Program-made: the position numbers and the translations under genes
The notes under the pieces: generated by a model
The model's database searches: none
Seen by the model: the letters and a program-made list of their open reading frames with translations, nothing else
Told to the model about the DNA's origin: nothing
Source of the DNA: a virus
Taxonomy: Duplodnaviria; Caudoviricetes
Strand: one strand, 5' to 3'
Length of the DNA stretch: 35,643 nt
IMG/VR virus record: IMGVR_UViG_3300011339_000249
Coordinates: 1 to 35,643 of that record
Shown: piece after piece, positions 23,723-31,692 of the stretch
How positions within the stretch are numbered: position 1 is the stretch's first letter
Layout: the number at the start of each line of letters is the position of its first letter

Positions 23723-24394
23723 TTAAGGCATGCCACGAGCATATGCGGGATTATTCCCTGCTAATGCGTTTGCTATGTTTTGACTACTTGAATAGTTCAA
23801 ATACGTATTCAAACCGCCCGTCAAAGCGTTTGCTGTGCCAACATAGCCAGACGCCCGTGCAGCCGCGCCGCTGGTAATAGCGTCGCCAACATTTGAAGAC
23901 ATTTGCTGACCTTGCTGACCTATTTGTTGGGCAGTGGATTGGCCCATACCTGTCATAGCTTGCAAAGGTTGCAAACGAGCGGTACGCTCGGACTGATAGC
24001 GGTTGAATGCGTTGGTGTACTCTTGCGAGCCCATTTCTTGGCCGAATCGCGTAAGCGCCTTGCCAGTGCCGCCAGACAGCAAACCACCACGGGCCGCAGC
24101 GGATCGCTCCAAAGCTTTTGTGCCTTCGCTTAATCGAAATGCGTAGCCTGGATCGGCTTGAAACTGATCCATACCAAACGGCGTGTATTTTGATGCCTCA
24201 ACCAGTTCCGGCAACGCATTGACGCCCACGTCGTAAAAAGGTTTCTGTCTTGCAACGTCTTCTTGGTATTGTCTGTATTGCAATCGGGCTGCTTCGCCCG
24301 TAGCATCTGCCTGCATTTGCCCAGCTCTATTTGCTGCACTTGACCCAATTAACGAACTGCCAATAATTGCGGCGGGGATCATCCATGCGGCCAT
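23723..24394 (-). CDS. DNA ejection/pilot protein (P22 gp7-like)
   Basis: G/A/Q-rich, hydrophobic N-terminus, DPGYAFRL..G...SAAARGGLLSG motif. Confidence 0.75.
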   Translation of the reverse strand: MAAWMIPAAIIGSSLIGSSAANRAGQMQADATGEAARLQYRQYQEDVARQKPFYDVGVNALPELVEASKYTPFGMDQFQADPGYAFRLSEGTKALERSAAARGGLLSGGTGKALTRFGQEMGSQEYTNAFNRYQSERTARLQPLQAMTGMGQSTAQQIGQQGQQMSSNVGDAITSGAAARASGYVGTANALTGGLNTYLNYSSSQNIANALAGNNPAYARGMP

Positions 24395-24395
24395 A

Positions 24396-24461
24396 TTAAA
24401 CTCCTTCGCTCAAACACTGAGCAATATTACACACTTGTTTTTGTTTCGCTAAATCATTCAC
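24396..24461 (-). pseudogene. 21-codon minigene or deletion remnant
   Basis: GTG start overlapping the upstream TGA (GTGA); VNDLAKQKQVCNIAQCLSEGV-stop fills the gap and contains the next gene's AAGGAG RBS. Confidence 0.35.
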
Positions 24462-24793
24462 GATATTTCCCTTCCGCTGACGCGCATGTTGATTGCGCTG
24501 GCTGTGCCTGCGATTGTGGAGATAAACCCGCCAGATGGCAAGATGTGGCCAACAAGCTCAGGAAAGATGTACGTTTCAGACGCGGCCAAGGATTTGGCCT
24601 TGACGATCAAGTTGTCGTTGCTGGCGGTGCCCGTGGCGGTGATCAAGTTGACGCTGATGGTGGCCGCCGAGGCGCTGTAGTTGGTGGCGGTGAATTTGTC
24701 AATGATTGTGGTCACGCCATTGGCCGTGTATTGCGTTGTCTGAGTCGCCTCAACGGTTTTGGCTGGCACTAGATTTTTGGCAGTTACAGTCAT
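24458..24793 (-). CDS. Small beta-rich virion protein
   Basis: 111 aa within the tail operon. Confidence 0.65.
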   Translation of the reverse strand: MTVTAKNLVPAKTVEATQTTQYTANGVTTIIDKFTATNYSASAATISVNLITATGTASNDNLIVKAKSLAASETYIFPELVGHILPSGGFISTIAGTASAINMRVSGREIS

Positions 24794-24804
24794 TGAAGCA
24801 CCTT

Positions 24805-25527
24805 TTACAAAACAACCCAGCGGGAGCCGGACGAAACCGTCACTGTCTGACCGCTAGCAATGGTGATCGGCCCAGCCGACATGCCTGAATTTCCAGTGGC
24901 TATAGTGTAACTCGTTGAAACGGTTTTGCTGTTGACGTAAATTCCGTTGCCCGCGTTAAATTGTTGGGCTAAGAATTCGCCCGTAGAAGGCTTGTACAGC
25001 AACTTGGCGTTGCTGGTGTAAATTGTGGTTGGTGTACCTGTTATGGCGTCGGCAAACAACGGGAAGACGTTGGTGGCCGTGGCGGTGTCATTACTAAGCG
25101 CCGCGCCTGATATTACCGTGGCCCATGCGCCGTCCCCCCGCCAATAGGTTGTGGCCGACGCGCCGGTGCCGCTGTTCAGATTGGTGACCGGTAGATTGCC
25201 AGTGACTTGAGTGGTCAAGCTCACGTTACTCAGTGTGCCGCCCAACGTGATCGTGCCAGAAGTCGTAATGGTGCCGCCGGTCAGGGTAATTCCGTTGACT
25301 GTTCCCGCAGTACCCACTGACGTAACCGTACCTGTACCGCCGCTAGATGGCACAAACGGCGGCGCAAGTTGCAGGTCATCCAAAGATGTCTGGTTGTTGC
25401 CGCCGCCGGTCAACGTAAACAAGTTTAGAAAGAACCGGTACCACTCACGCGACATCAACCCCGTGCGGGGGTCGATAAACTCGACCCGCGACGAAGGTAG
25501 GTTCGTTATATTGAGTTGTTCAGGCAT
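24805..25527 (-). CDS. Tail needle/fibre-like protein (P22 gp26 position)
   Basis: Follows the gp10-like gene; G/T-rich repeats; C-terminus GPITIASGQTVTVSSGSRWVVL. Confidence 0.65.
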   Translation of the reverse strand: MPEQLNITNLPSSRVEFIDPRTGLMSREWYRFFLNLFTLTGGGNNQTSLDDLQLAPPFVPSSGGTGTVTSVGTAGTVNGITLTGGTITTSGTITLGGTLSNVSLTTQVTGNLPVTNLNSGTGASATTYWRGDGAWATVISGAALSNDTATATNVFPLFADAITGTPTTIYTSNAKLLYKPSTGEFLAQQFNAGNGIYVNSKTVSTSYTIATGNSGMSAGPITIASGQTVTVSSGSRWVVL

Positions 25528-26962
25528 TGGTCGGGCTCAGAATCAATTCAGCGCCCATAATGGCGACCTTTACAGGATCGGTGCCAGACACTTCATAAAC
25601 CCTGTCCCGTAACTTGAGCGTCATGCCAAGCCGCCGCCAGAAGACGCGCTGATAGTACGCCCCGATCTTGCCCATCGGTGACCAATGCTCATTGCTCCAA
25701 GTATGGCCGCCATCATCAGACCAGCGCAACATGACTTGGGGATCGTCGCCTTGGCCAGTAACCAACCCAGTACCTGATTCGCAATTTAACTGCAAACTGT
25801 GGTGCGCGGTGCGCTTGAGGTTGTTTTGACCGCTAGGCAGGGCTCGCCATGAGCGCAGCCATTTTTGAGGCTCGTCATAGTCATCGTAGACATCCAACGT
25901 CATCTGGTAAATGTTGCCATTCTCAAAGTCGCCCACAATGGTGTTGCCACCAAAGTTGCACTGACAATTGGATCGGTGACGGGTAAATTCTCCGTTGTCC
26001 CAGCCAGCACGTTCGTGCCATGCTTGGGTAGCCACATCAAACACCCACGTGGCGTTGCCGGCGGGAAACGTCAGGACGTAAAAAGCATGGCCTTCTTGCT
26101 GGTAGGTGTAGGCCACCGCGTCTGAAATATTGCCGTATTGAGCAATTGCATACTCAATGGCGTGGGTAGATATGCGTTGACCAGTGTAGCCATTGGCCCT
26201 GTAGACGATGCCTTGGCCACGGGCATCGGTGCCCAGCCAGAACAGGCCGTTGTCGAGCTTGGCCACAGAGAACGCAGCCACGCAACCAATTTCGTTGAAC
26301 GCGCCTTGAATGCGGGTCAGCGGGAAGTCAGCCAAGCCAGCGTCGTACCAAACTTCAACAGAATCGGTACCAAACAACCAGGCTTCACGGTGGTCTACGA
26401 TGAGCGCTACCAAACCGTCGGGTGAGCCTTCAGAGCTAGCAAAATCTAACGGATCAACCGACAGGCCGTCCAACAGCGAGGTCACCCACACTTTTTGGCT
26501 GTCTGGCTCATTGAACACAAAATAGCCGTCTAGATAGCCTACAGTCACCGCGCCAGGGAAATCTGGGTCAGTAATCTGGGCAAACACGTTGGTGACTTCG
26601 TTGTAGATATAGCTGTCAGGATTGCAAGCAAAGAATATCTGGGTGCCGTTGTCAGCAATGGACACGGGGCCAGTGCCGGTCACGGTGCCAAGCAAAGTAG
26701 GCACGGCGGTCATGCCCGTAACTTTATAGACTTCCAAACCTGACACCACATAAAAGTCAGACCCGTTGGTCTGATGTGCCCAAAGCGCTCTGATTGGGCC
26801 TGTGCCGATTGTTTGCAAAAAATCCAACCCAGGGCAGCGCGTTAGAAAAGCCGCCGTCTGACCGTTGTCTGGCGTGGCCTCGGGGTACAGGTTCACCATG
26901 CGATTGTTGGCAGCGTTGATGCTGCGAGCAACATAGCTTGCACCAAGAATCGGCGTTTGCAT
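25520..26962 (-). CDS. Tail hub/packaged-DNA stabilisation protein (P22 gp10-like)
   Basis: 480 aa beta-propeller-like; VNLYPE, SEGSPD, LRWSDDGGHTWS, WRRLG motifs. Confidence 0.85.
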   Translation of the reverse strand: MQTPILGASYVARSINAANNRMVNLYPEATPDNGQTAAFLTRCPGLDFLQTIGTGPIRALWAHQTNGSDFYVVSGLEVYKVTGMTAVPTLLGTVTGTGPVSIADNGTQIFFACNPDSYIYNEVTNVFAQITDPDFPGAVTVGYLDGYFVFNEPDSQKVWVTSLLDGLSVDPLDFASSEGSPDGLVALIVDHREAWLFGTDSVEVWYDAGLADFPLTRIQGAFNEIGCVAAFSVAKLDNGLFWLGTDARGQGIVYRANGYTGQRISTHAIEYAIAQYGNISDAVAYTYQQEGHAFYVLTFPAGNATWVFDVATQAWHERAGWDNGEFTRHRSNCQCNFGGNTIVGDFENGNIYQMTLDVYDDYDEPQKWLRSWRALPSGQNNLKRTAHHSLQLNCESGTGLVTGQGDDPQVMLRWSDDGGHTWSNEHWSPMGKIGAYYQRVFWRRLGMTLKLRDRVYEVSGTDPVKVAIMGAELILSPTNA

Positions 26963-27678
26963 CAGTAATTACCGGCGTAAATGTTGAACCGCTGACGTGA
27001 GGACACAATGGCGTAAGGCATGGACATGATGTCGTCAGGATTGTTGATGCGCTTGAGATTGCGCTTGGACGTCATTGCAATCCGTTGCACTTGTGGGCTT
27101 GGCTCAACGCCAAATTCAGGTGCAATTTCCATTGCCAAATTGTAGACAAACGCCCGCAAATAGCCTGGTGGGAACAGGATGTTGGTCACCAAAGTGGCGG
27201 GCTGACTCAATTCCTCAACCGAAATAAAGTGCCATTCCAAGTCCCGTGTAGGCTGCGGGTAAACGGTCATCGTAACGTCGGGGTAGGTCATGTTGACAAA
27301 AATGACCTGCGGGTACGTTGATGTGACGGTCTTAACCGCAATACCGTCGTATTGCTGTTGATTGATAAATTTGATGCCATAAGACACATTGGTGCCCGCA
27401 TCGCGGTAGTAGGTGGCGTCATCCAGCAATACTGGCCGGTTACCTACAAAATTACCTGACGGGCCAAGAGTGCGCGTAATTTGACCCGCAGGCCAAGTAA
27501 ACGTCTGATCTTGAGTGCTAAAAACAGCTAGGCGCTCAGTGTTCCATGAATCAATCATTTGATTCAACGCCATTAGCGAATCTTGAGACACGGACGCGGA
27601 AGTTGTCTCACCTTCGGCCAACACACCAAGCAATCGCAATGCTCTATTGATTTGATCGCCAGCAGTGTAGATGGCCAT
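26962..27678 (-). CDS. Head-to-tail adaptor (P22 gp4-like)
   Basis: TAGDQINRALRLLGV...LNQMIDSW and YNLAMEIAPEFG. Confidence 0.8.
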   Translation of the reverse strand: MAIYTAGDQINRALRLLGVLAEGETTSASVSQDSLMALNQMIDSWNTERLAVFSTQDQTFTWPAGQITRTLGPSGNFVGNRPVLLDDATYYRDAGTNVSYGIKFINQQQYDGIAVKTVTSTYPQVIFVNMTYPDVTMTVYPQPTRDLEWHFISVEELSQPATLVTNILFPPGYLRAFVYNLAMEIAPEFGVEPSPQVQRIAMTSKRNLKRINNPDDIMSMPYAIVSSRQRFNIYAGNY

Positions 27679-27680
27679 GT

Positions 27681-27866
27681 TTATGCTCCTTGTTCGACCA
27701 CCTCTGGTGATCGGCTACGACGACGTTTGACTTCCAGTGGAGCCGCCTCAACAGGCGTGTCTAAAGTATATCGCACCCAACCATTTTTTTCATCTTCTAC
27801 AGCTTCAAGCTCCATAGTGGCAACCTTGGCACCGTGAACTTCATGAGACATGTAAATAACAGCCAT
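27681..27866 (-). CDS. Small hypothetical protein
   Basis: 61 aa between head and neck genes; GW motif and basic tail. Confidence 0.65.
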   Translation of the reverse strand: MAVIYMSHEVHGAKVATMELEAVEDEKNGWVRYTLDTPVEAAPLEVKRRRSRSPEVVEQGA

Positions 27867-27900
27867 AATTTCAGAAGGGGGTGGTTAGCCCCCGTTTGTT

Positions 27901-28317
27901 TTAGCTTGCGCCGTGGATGATGGAAAAGTTGATGATGACAGCTTCAGAGTATGAAGTGGCAGCAGTCAAATTCCGCAACGTGATTAAAGCAGAACCGGCA
28001 GCCAAATACGAAACGTAAGTGGTGTAAGCCCCAGCAGCACTACCAGTCGTATTACTGGAAACGCACACAATGATTGTGTCATTGATAGAGATCGAGCTGT
28101 TGGTCAAAACAAACGACACTGCGGTGGCTCCTGCCAATGCCGCGTTGTTCATTGTGATGCGGCCAGCGCTGTTATTCAGCGTCACGCCTGTGGCTTTGCT
28201 GGTTAACTGCGTTACCGCGCCTTGGGCTGCTGCGCTGTAGCCAATTTCTTGGCTAGCGTAGCAGGTAGTAAATTCGGGGTCGCTATACGCAACACCTACT
28301 GCTTGAGTATTTGGCAT
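27901..28317 (-). CDS. Putative capsid decoration protein
   Basis: 138 aa, A/T/S-rich, downstream of the major capsid gene, AAGGA RBS. Confidence 0.6.
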   Translation of the reverse strand: MPNTQAVGVAYSDPEFTTCYASQEIGYSAAAQGAVTQLTSKATGVTLNNSAGRITMNNAALAGATAVSFVLTNSSISINDTIIVCVSSNTTGSAAGAYTTYVSYLAAGSALITLRNLTAATSYSEAVIINFSIIHGAS

Positions 28318-28328
28318 GATTTTTTCCT

Positions 28329-28356
28329 TTAAAAATAGGGGCCGAAGCCCCTATTT
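28329..28356 (-). terminator. Intrinsic terminator (C-UUCG-G loop)
   Basis: Minus strand AAATAGGGGC-TTCG-GCCCCTATTTTT. Confidence 0.75.
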
Positions 28357-28360
28357 AGGT

Positions 28361-28783
28361 TTAAGCAATACGATACAAAGTGTATGCAGCGTCGCCTGTT
28401 TTGCGGAACATGAACTGCGCTGCGCCACCAACACCTGCCGCGCTGCCAGTAATAGCAACAACCAAGTTGCCAACCGCAGTGATGCCAGTTCCAACAGCCA
28501 TTGTGATGAGGCCGGTGGAAGTGCCGAGGTTAATAACAGTCAAATTGAACGTGCTGCCAATTTTTGCGTTAGTTATGACCGCATCAATTGCGGTTGCCGT
28601 TGGCAAAGTGTACGTAGCAGCGGTTGTGGAGGGGTTACCCACCAAAAGATCATTGGTGATTTGTGCAACGGTCAGAGTGGCCGTAGCAGTTGCCGTTTGG
28701 GGCGTTGGAGCAACGCTCATAACGATTTCGTTTAGGTTGCCGTCACCGACTTGGTATCCACCGCCAGAATTAGGTAATGCCAT
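28361..28783 (-). CDS. Putative capsid decoration/cement protein
   Basis: 140 aa, immediately after the major capsid gene and before the terminator; TYTLPTA motif. Confidence 0.65.
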   Translation of the reverse strand: MALPNSGGGYQVGDGNLNEIVMSVAPTPQTATATATLTVAQITNDLLVGNPSTTAATYTLPTATAIDAVITNAKIGSTFNLTVINLGTSTGLITMAVGTGITAVGNLVVAITGSAAGVGGAAQFMFRKTGDAAYTLYRIA

Positions 28784-28811
28784 GATAATTTTCCTTTAAA
28801 AGAGTTTCTGA

Positions 28812-30011
28812 TCAACCCCAGATGCGGCAGGCCATCTGTGGACGAATTGTGCTGAAGCCATACAGAACGTCAATACGGCAAGGCATACGGTCGTTGTTGA
28901 TGTCGTACTGACGAACAACGCGCAAGCTAATACCGTTATGAACTGCGCGAGCAGCCATATCGACACCTTGGGGCAGCAACAAATCGGCGGTCGCAAAAGT
29001 GATCGCATCTTTGTGGTAAACCAAGTTCTGGGGGTACTGAGTGCTGGCCGTACCGACAAACACGACGGCTTTGCTGGTAGCAGGCAAAGTCAGCATGGTG
29101 GCCAGAGCATGTGCTGCTGAGTACATTGGCGCAACAGTCACAGTGGCAGTTGTAGTGGTTGTTGAAGAGGCCAAAGCAACAAACTGGAACAACGAACCAG
29201 TGGATTCACGGGTTTGTGGGTTCACAGAGTAAACATCAGCAATCGTAAACACATCACCAACAGCGATAAGTTCACCAGAGCCGACAGTCAATGTCAGAGT
29301 AGATGCACCTTCAGTTGTCACAGCAGCGCCGGTAGTGTTGCCAGTGGCAGCGCGTGTACCAGTGGTGTGTTGCTTGATTGACTGAGACATATTGACTTCG
29401 TCAAAGCCCAACACGCCAGTGCCCATCATGCCGTTCTTGAACTGCTTGCTGACGGTGTCAGTGGGGTTGAACAAACCTTTCATGCCTTCAACCAAACCAG
29501 CGTTTGCAGCAGGATTAACTGTTGCATAGCGTGGGGACATTACAGCAGCGTTTTCGTTCAGTTTTTGTTGCGCTTGCAACAGAACCAAAGAAGTGCCTGG
29601 AGTGGTGCCTGGGGTGCCAACGGTGTTACCGATGGTTTTGTACGCATTGGCAACGTCAGCATCAATGCTGGATGCCAACTGGCTGATACGAGGCTTCAAC
29701 ACACGTTCTGCAAAGTCGTCCAATTGCATGGTCAATTCAGCAGATGTAAAGTTCACGCCGACGTGCTTTTGTGAAGCAACAGTCAGAGTGGTGAACTGTT
29801 CGTTGTCGTCCTGAACTTGCAGAGCGGCACCGTCAGTTACCAGAGCGCGGTCGGGTAAACGGATACGCAATGTAGAACCGATCTTGGCACCTTCAACAGC
29901 AAAGCTGTCGTCGTACTGACGGTTTACGTTACGGGTGATCACCAGGTTGTTCTCGAGAATTTCGAGAGCTTTACGGGTGATCATGTCAATCGTTAAGATA
30001 CTATTAGCCAT
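28812..30011 (-). CDS. Major capsid protein (P22 gp5 coat family)
   Basis: MANSILT...KIGSTLRIRLP; NLVYHKDAITFAT; RIDVLYG; follows the scaffold gene. Confidence 0.92.
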   Translation of the reverse strand: MANSILTIDMITRKALEILENNLVITRNVNRQYDDSFAVEGAKIGSTLRIRLPDRALVTDGAALQVQDDNEQFTTLTVASQKHVGVNFTSAELTMQLDDFAERVLKPRISQLASSIDADVANAYKTIGNTVGTPGTTPGTSLVLLQAQQKLNENAAVMSPRYATVNPAANAGLVEGMKGLFNPTDTVSKQFKNGMMGTGVLGFDEVNMSQSIKQHTTGTRAATGNTTGAAVTTEGASTLTLTVGSGELIAVGDVFTIADVYSVNPQTRESTGSLFQFVALASSTTTTTATVTVAPMYSAAHALATMLTLPATSKAVVFVGTASTQYPQNLVYHKDAITFATADLLLPQGVDMAARAVHNGISLRVVRQYDINNDRMPCRIDVLYGFSTIRPQMACRIWG

Positions 30012-30034
30012 GAAAAAAGTCCTTTAAAAATTAT

Positions 30035-30826
30035 TTAGCGGTTGGCTTGTGCTTCCCACTTTTTTCGTTGTCTTACTCTTTCAGCTTCAATCCACTGCGA
30101 ATCCGTCATGGTCTTGGTAGACCGTGGATCAGTAGTGTCATAGGCTGGGCTCCCAGAGGAGCGAGCAGTGACAGGCGAAATCGGTGCTGGCGCAGACGTG
30201 GTTCGTTTCACGGGAGGATCACTGGCCATTTTGGCCTCAATTCTCCCAATTTCTTTAGCCTGCACGATAGGCGCAAGACGAGAGATTCGTTCCGCTTCCT
30301 TGGGGTTGGCACCGAGGTAGTAAGCTACTTCAGGGCCGATGTCCGAGGCTCGGATCGACTCAGCCATCACGTCAGTAATTGGAAGTTTTGGGTTGTATGC
30401 GACTTGTTCAAAGTCATCATATTTAGCCCGCGCTTCTTCTTCCTGTTCGTGATAAGCATCAAGAATTGCAGATTGCTGCCGTGCTTGTTCTCGCTGGGCA
30501 AGCAGTTGTTCAGCTTTCTGGAAGGCCAATGCGTCTGCATAGGCTTCAGTGCTTTCAAACTGATCGACCGACGGGATCGTTGCTGGCGCTCTCAGCGTTT
30601 GCGTTTCCGCTTGGCGTTGAGTCTGCTCTCTTTCCCACTTACGTTGTTCTCTTGCAAGCCTTTTGCCAATTGCTGCATCAAGCTCTTCTTGGGTAAAAAC
30701 CCGTGAAGACTCTTTTGCTTCATCAGCGACTTCCGGCGCGTTTACATTTGCTTCAGGAGTGGCCGTCACTTCTGCTGCGGGCGCGGAGTCTACTTCCGCT
30801 AAGGGTTGTTGGACTTCTTCAGTCAT
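30035..30826 (-). CDS. Capsid scaffolding protein
   Basis: Acidic coiled coil; GPEVAYYLGANP..AERI, EIGRIEAK, APAPI; directly upstream of the coat gene. Confidence 0.85.
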   Translation of the reverse strand: MTEEVQQPLAEVDSAPAAEVTATPEANVNAPEVADEAKESSRVFTQEELDAAIGKRLAREQRKWEREQTQRQAETQTLRAPATIPSVDQFESTEAYADALAFQKAEQLLAQREQARQQSAILDAYHEQEEEARAKYDDFEQVAYNPKLPITDVMAESIRASDIGPEVAYYLGANPKEAERISRLAPIVQAKEIGRIEAKMASDPPVKRTTSAPAPISPVTARSSGSPAYDTTDPRSTKTMTDSQWIEAERVRQRKKWEAQANR

Positions 30827-30830
30827 TTTT

Positions 30831-30868
30831 GAATCCTAAGATTCCCTGGTGATCCGCACCAGTACGGG
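30831..30868 (-). promoter_or_regulatory. Tandem hairpins covering the scaffold RBS
   Basis: CCC-GUA-CUGGUG-CGGAU-CACCAG-GG then GAAUC-UUAG-GAUUC, ending 4 nt before the AUG. Confidence 0.5.
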
Positions 30869-30877
30869 TTTTTGTCA

Positions 30878-31375
30878 TTATGCCGTCAATGCGGCAACTT
30901 TGGCTTGGAAATCTTTAACCCGAACGTCAAGGCTGGCTTGATCAGCCGTCAGTTTGGCGGCTAACTCATCCAAACGAGTTTGATTTTCGCTTTGTCGGCG
31001 TTCGCGGGTAGCAAAAGTATTTTCGCGTGTGGTCAATGCAGCTTCCCGCTCGGCGCTAGAAGTTTCAAACGCTTTAACTTGGTTGGCCAAATCAAGCTCG
31101 CGGGCAGCAAGTTCGTCAGCCTTAATTTTGGAGCTATCGTTTTTGTCTTTGGCTGATGCCACCATTTCTGCGGCTTGAGTTTTGGCAGTTGCCAATTCTG
31201 CGGCAGCTTTGGCACGATCAACCACTGCGTCTTGGGCAGCGGATAACGCGCCTTGGCGTATGGCCAATTCTTTTTGCAAATTAACCAAATTGGTTAAGTC
31301 CGCAGGTAATTGCTTCTGAATGTACTCAATCAGATTAGTGTGGTTCATAGAACCGCCATCACCATAAAAGTCCAT
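30878..31375 (-). CDS. Coiled-coil protein
   Basis: 165 aa, A/K/E/Q heptads, AAGGA RBS. Confidence 0.7.
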   Translation of the reverse strand: MDFYGDGGSMNHTNLIEYIQKQLPADLTNLVNLQKELAIRQGALSAAQDAVVDRAKAAAELATAKTQAAEMVASAKDKNDSSKIKADELAARELDLANQVKAFETSSAEREAALTTRENTFATRERRQSENQTRLDELAAKLTADQASLDVRVKDFQAKVAALTA

Positions 31376-31386
31376 GATTTAATCCT

Positions 31387-31692
31387 TTAGGAATAGTAGG
31401 TGATATTGATCTTGGCGCTGGCTGTTTGTTCAATAAATTGAATTTGAGACAAGTCGCCGTCGTATTGCAGAGTAACACCGGCTGCCAAAGGCATACCAAC
31501 AGAAGCTGTAGGTGCTACGCCATCATCACGCCAGCGCACAGCTTGGGTTTCGGGGGTAATGATTGCAATGCGGGGGGTGCCTGCCAAACCATTCAAATCT
31601 TTAGCTGGTACTGTTAATTTAGACGCCGAACTAAGACTTGTGATCTGCTGGTACCCCATCGTAGAGGTAATTGCTTTGAGGTTAATAGCCAT
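31387..31692 (-). CDS. Small beta-rich virion protein
   Basis: VRWRDDGVAPTASVGMPL motif; AAGGAG RBS. Confidence 0.7.
   Translation of the reverse strand: MAINLKAITSTMGYQQITSLSSASKLTVPAKDLNGLAGTPRIAIITPETQAVRWRDDGVAPTASVGMPLAAGVTLQYDGDLSQIQFIEQTASAKINITYYS

Noticed and set aside
27877-27893. GGGGG-N7-CCCCC hairpin as a terminator
   Set aside because: Only a 5-bp stem with a weak U-tract on the coding strand; may be a processing or stability hairpin but is not supportable as a terminator.
28784-28830. Programmed frameshift or read-through extending the major capsid protein
   Set aside because: No clear slippery heptamer at the stop, the next gene is out of frame and has its own RBS, and the alternative frame closes at 28796.
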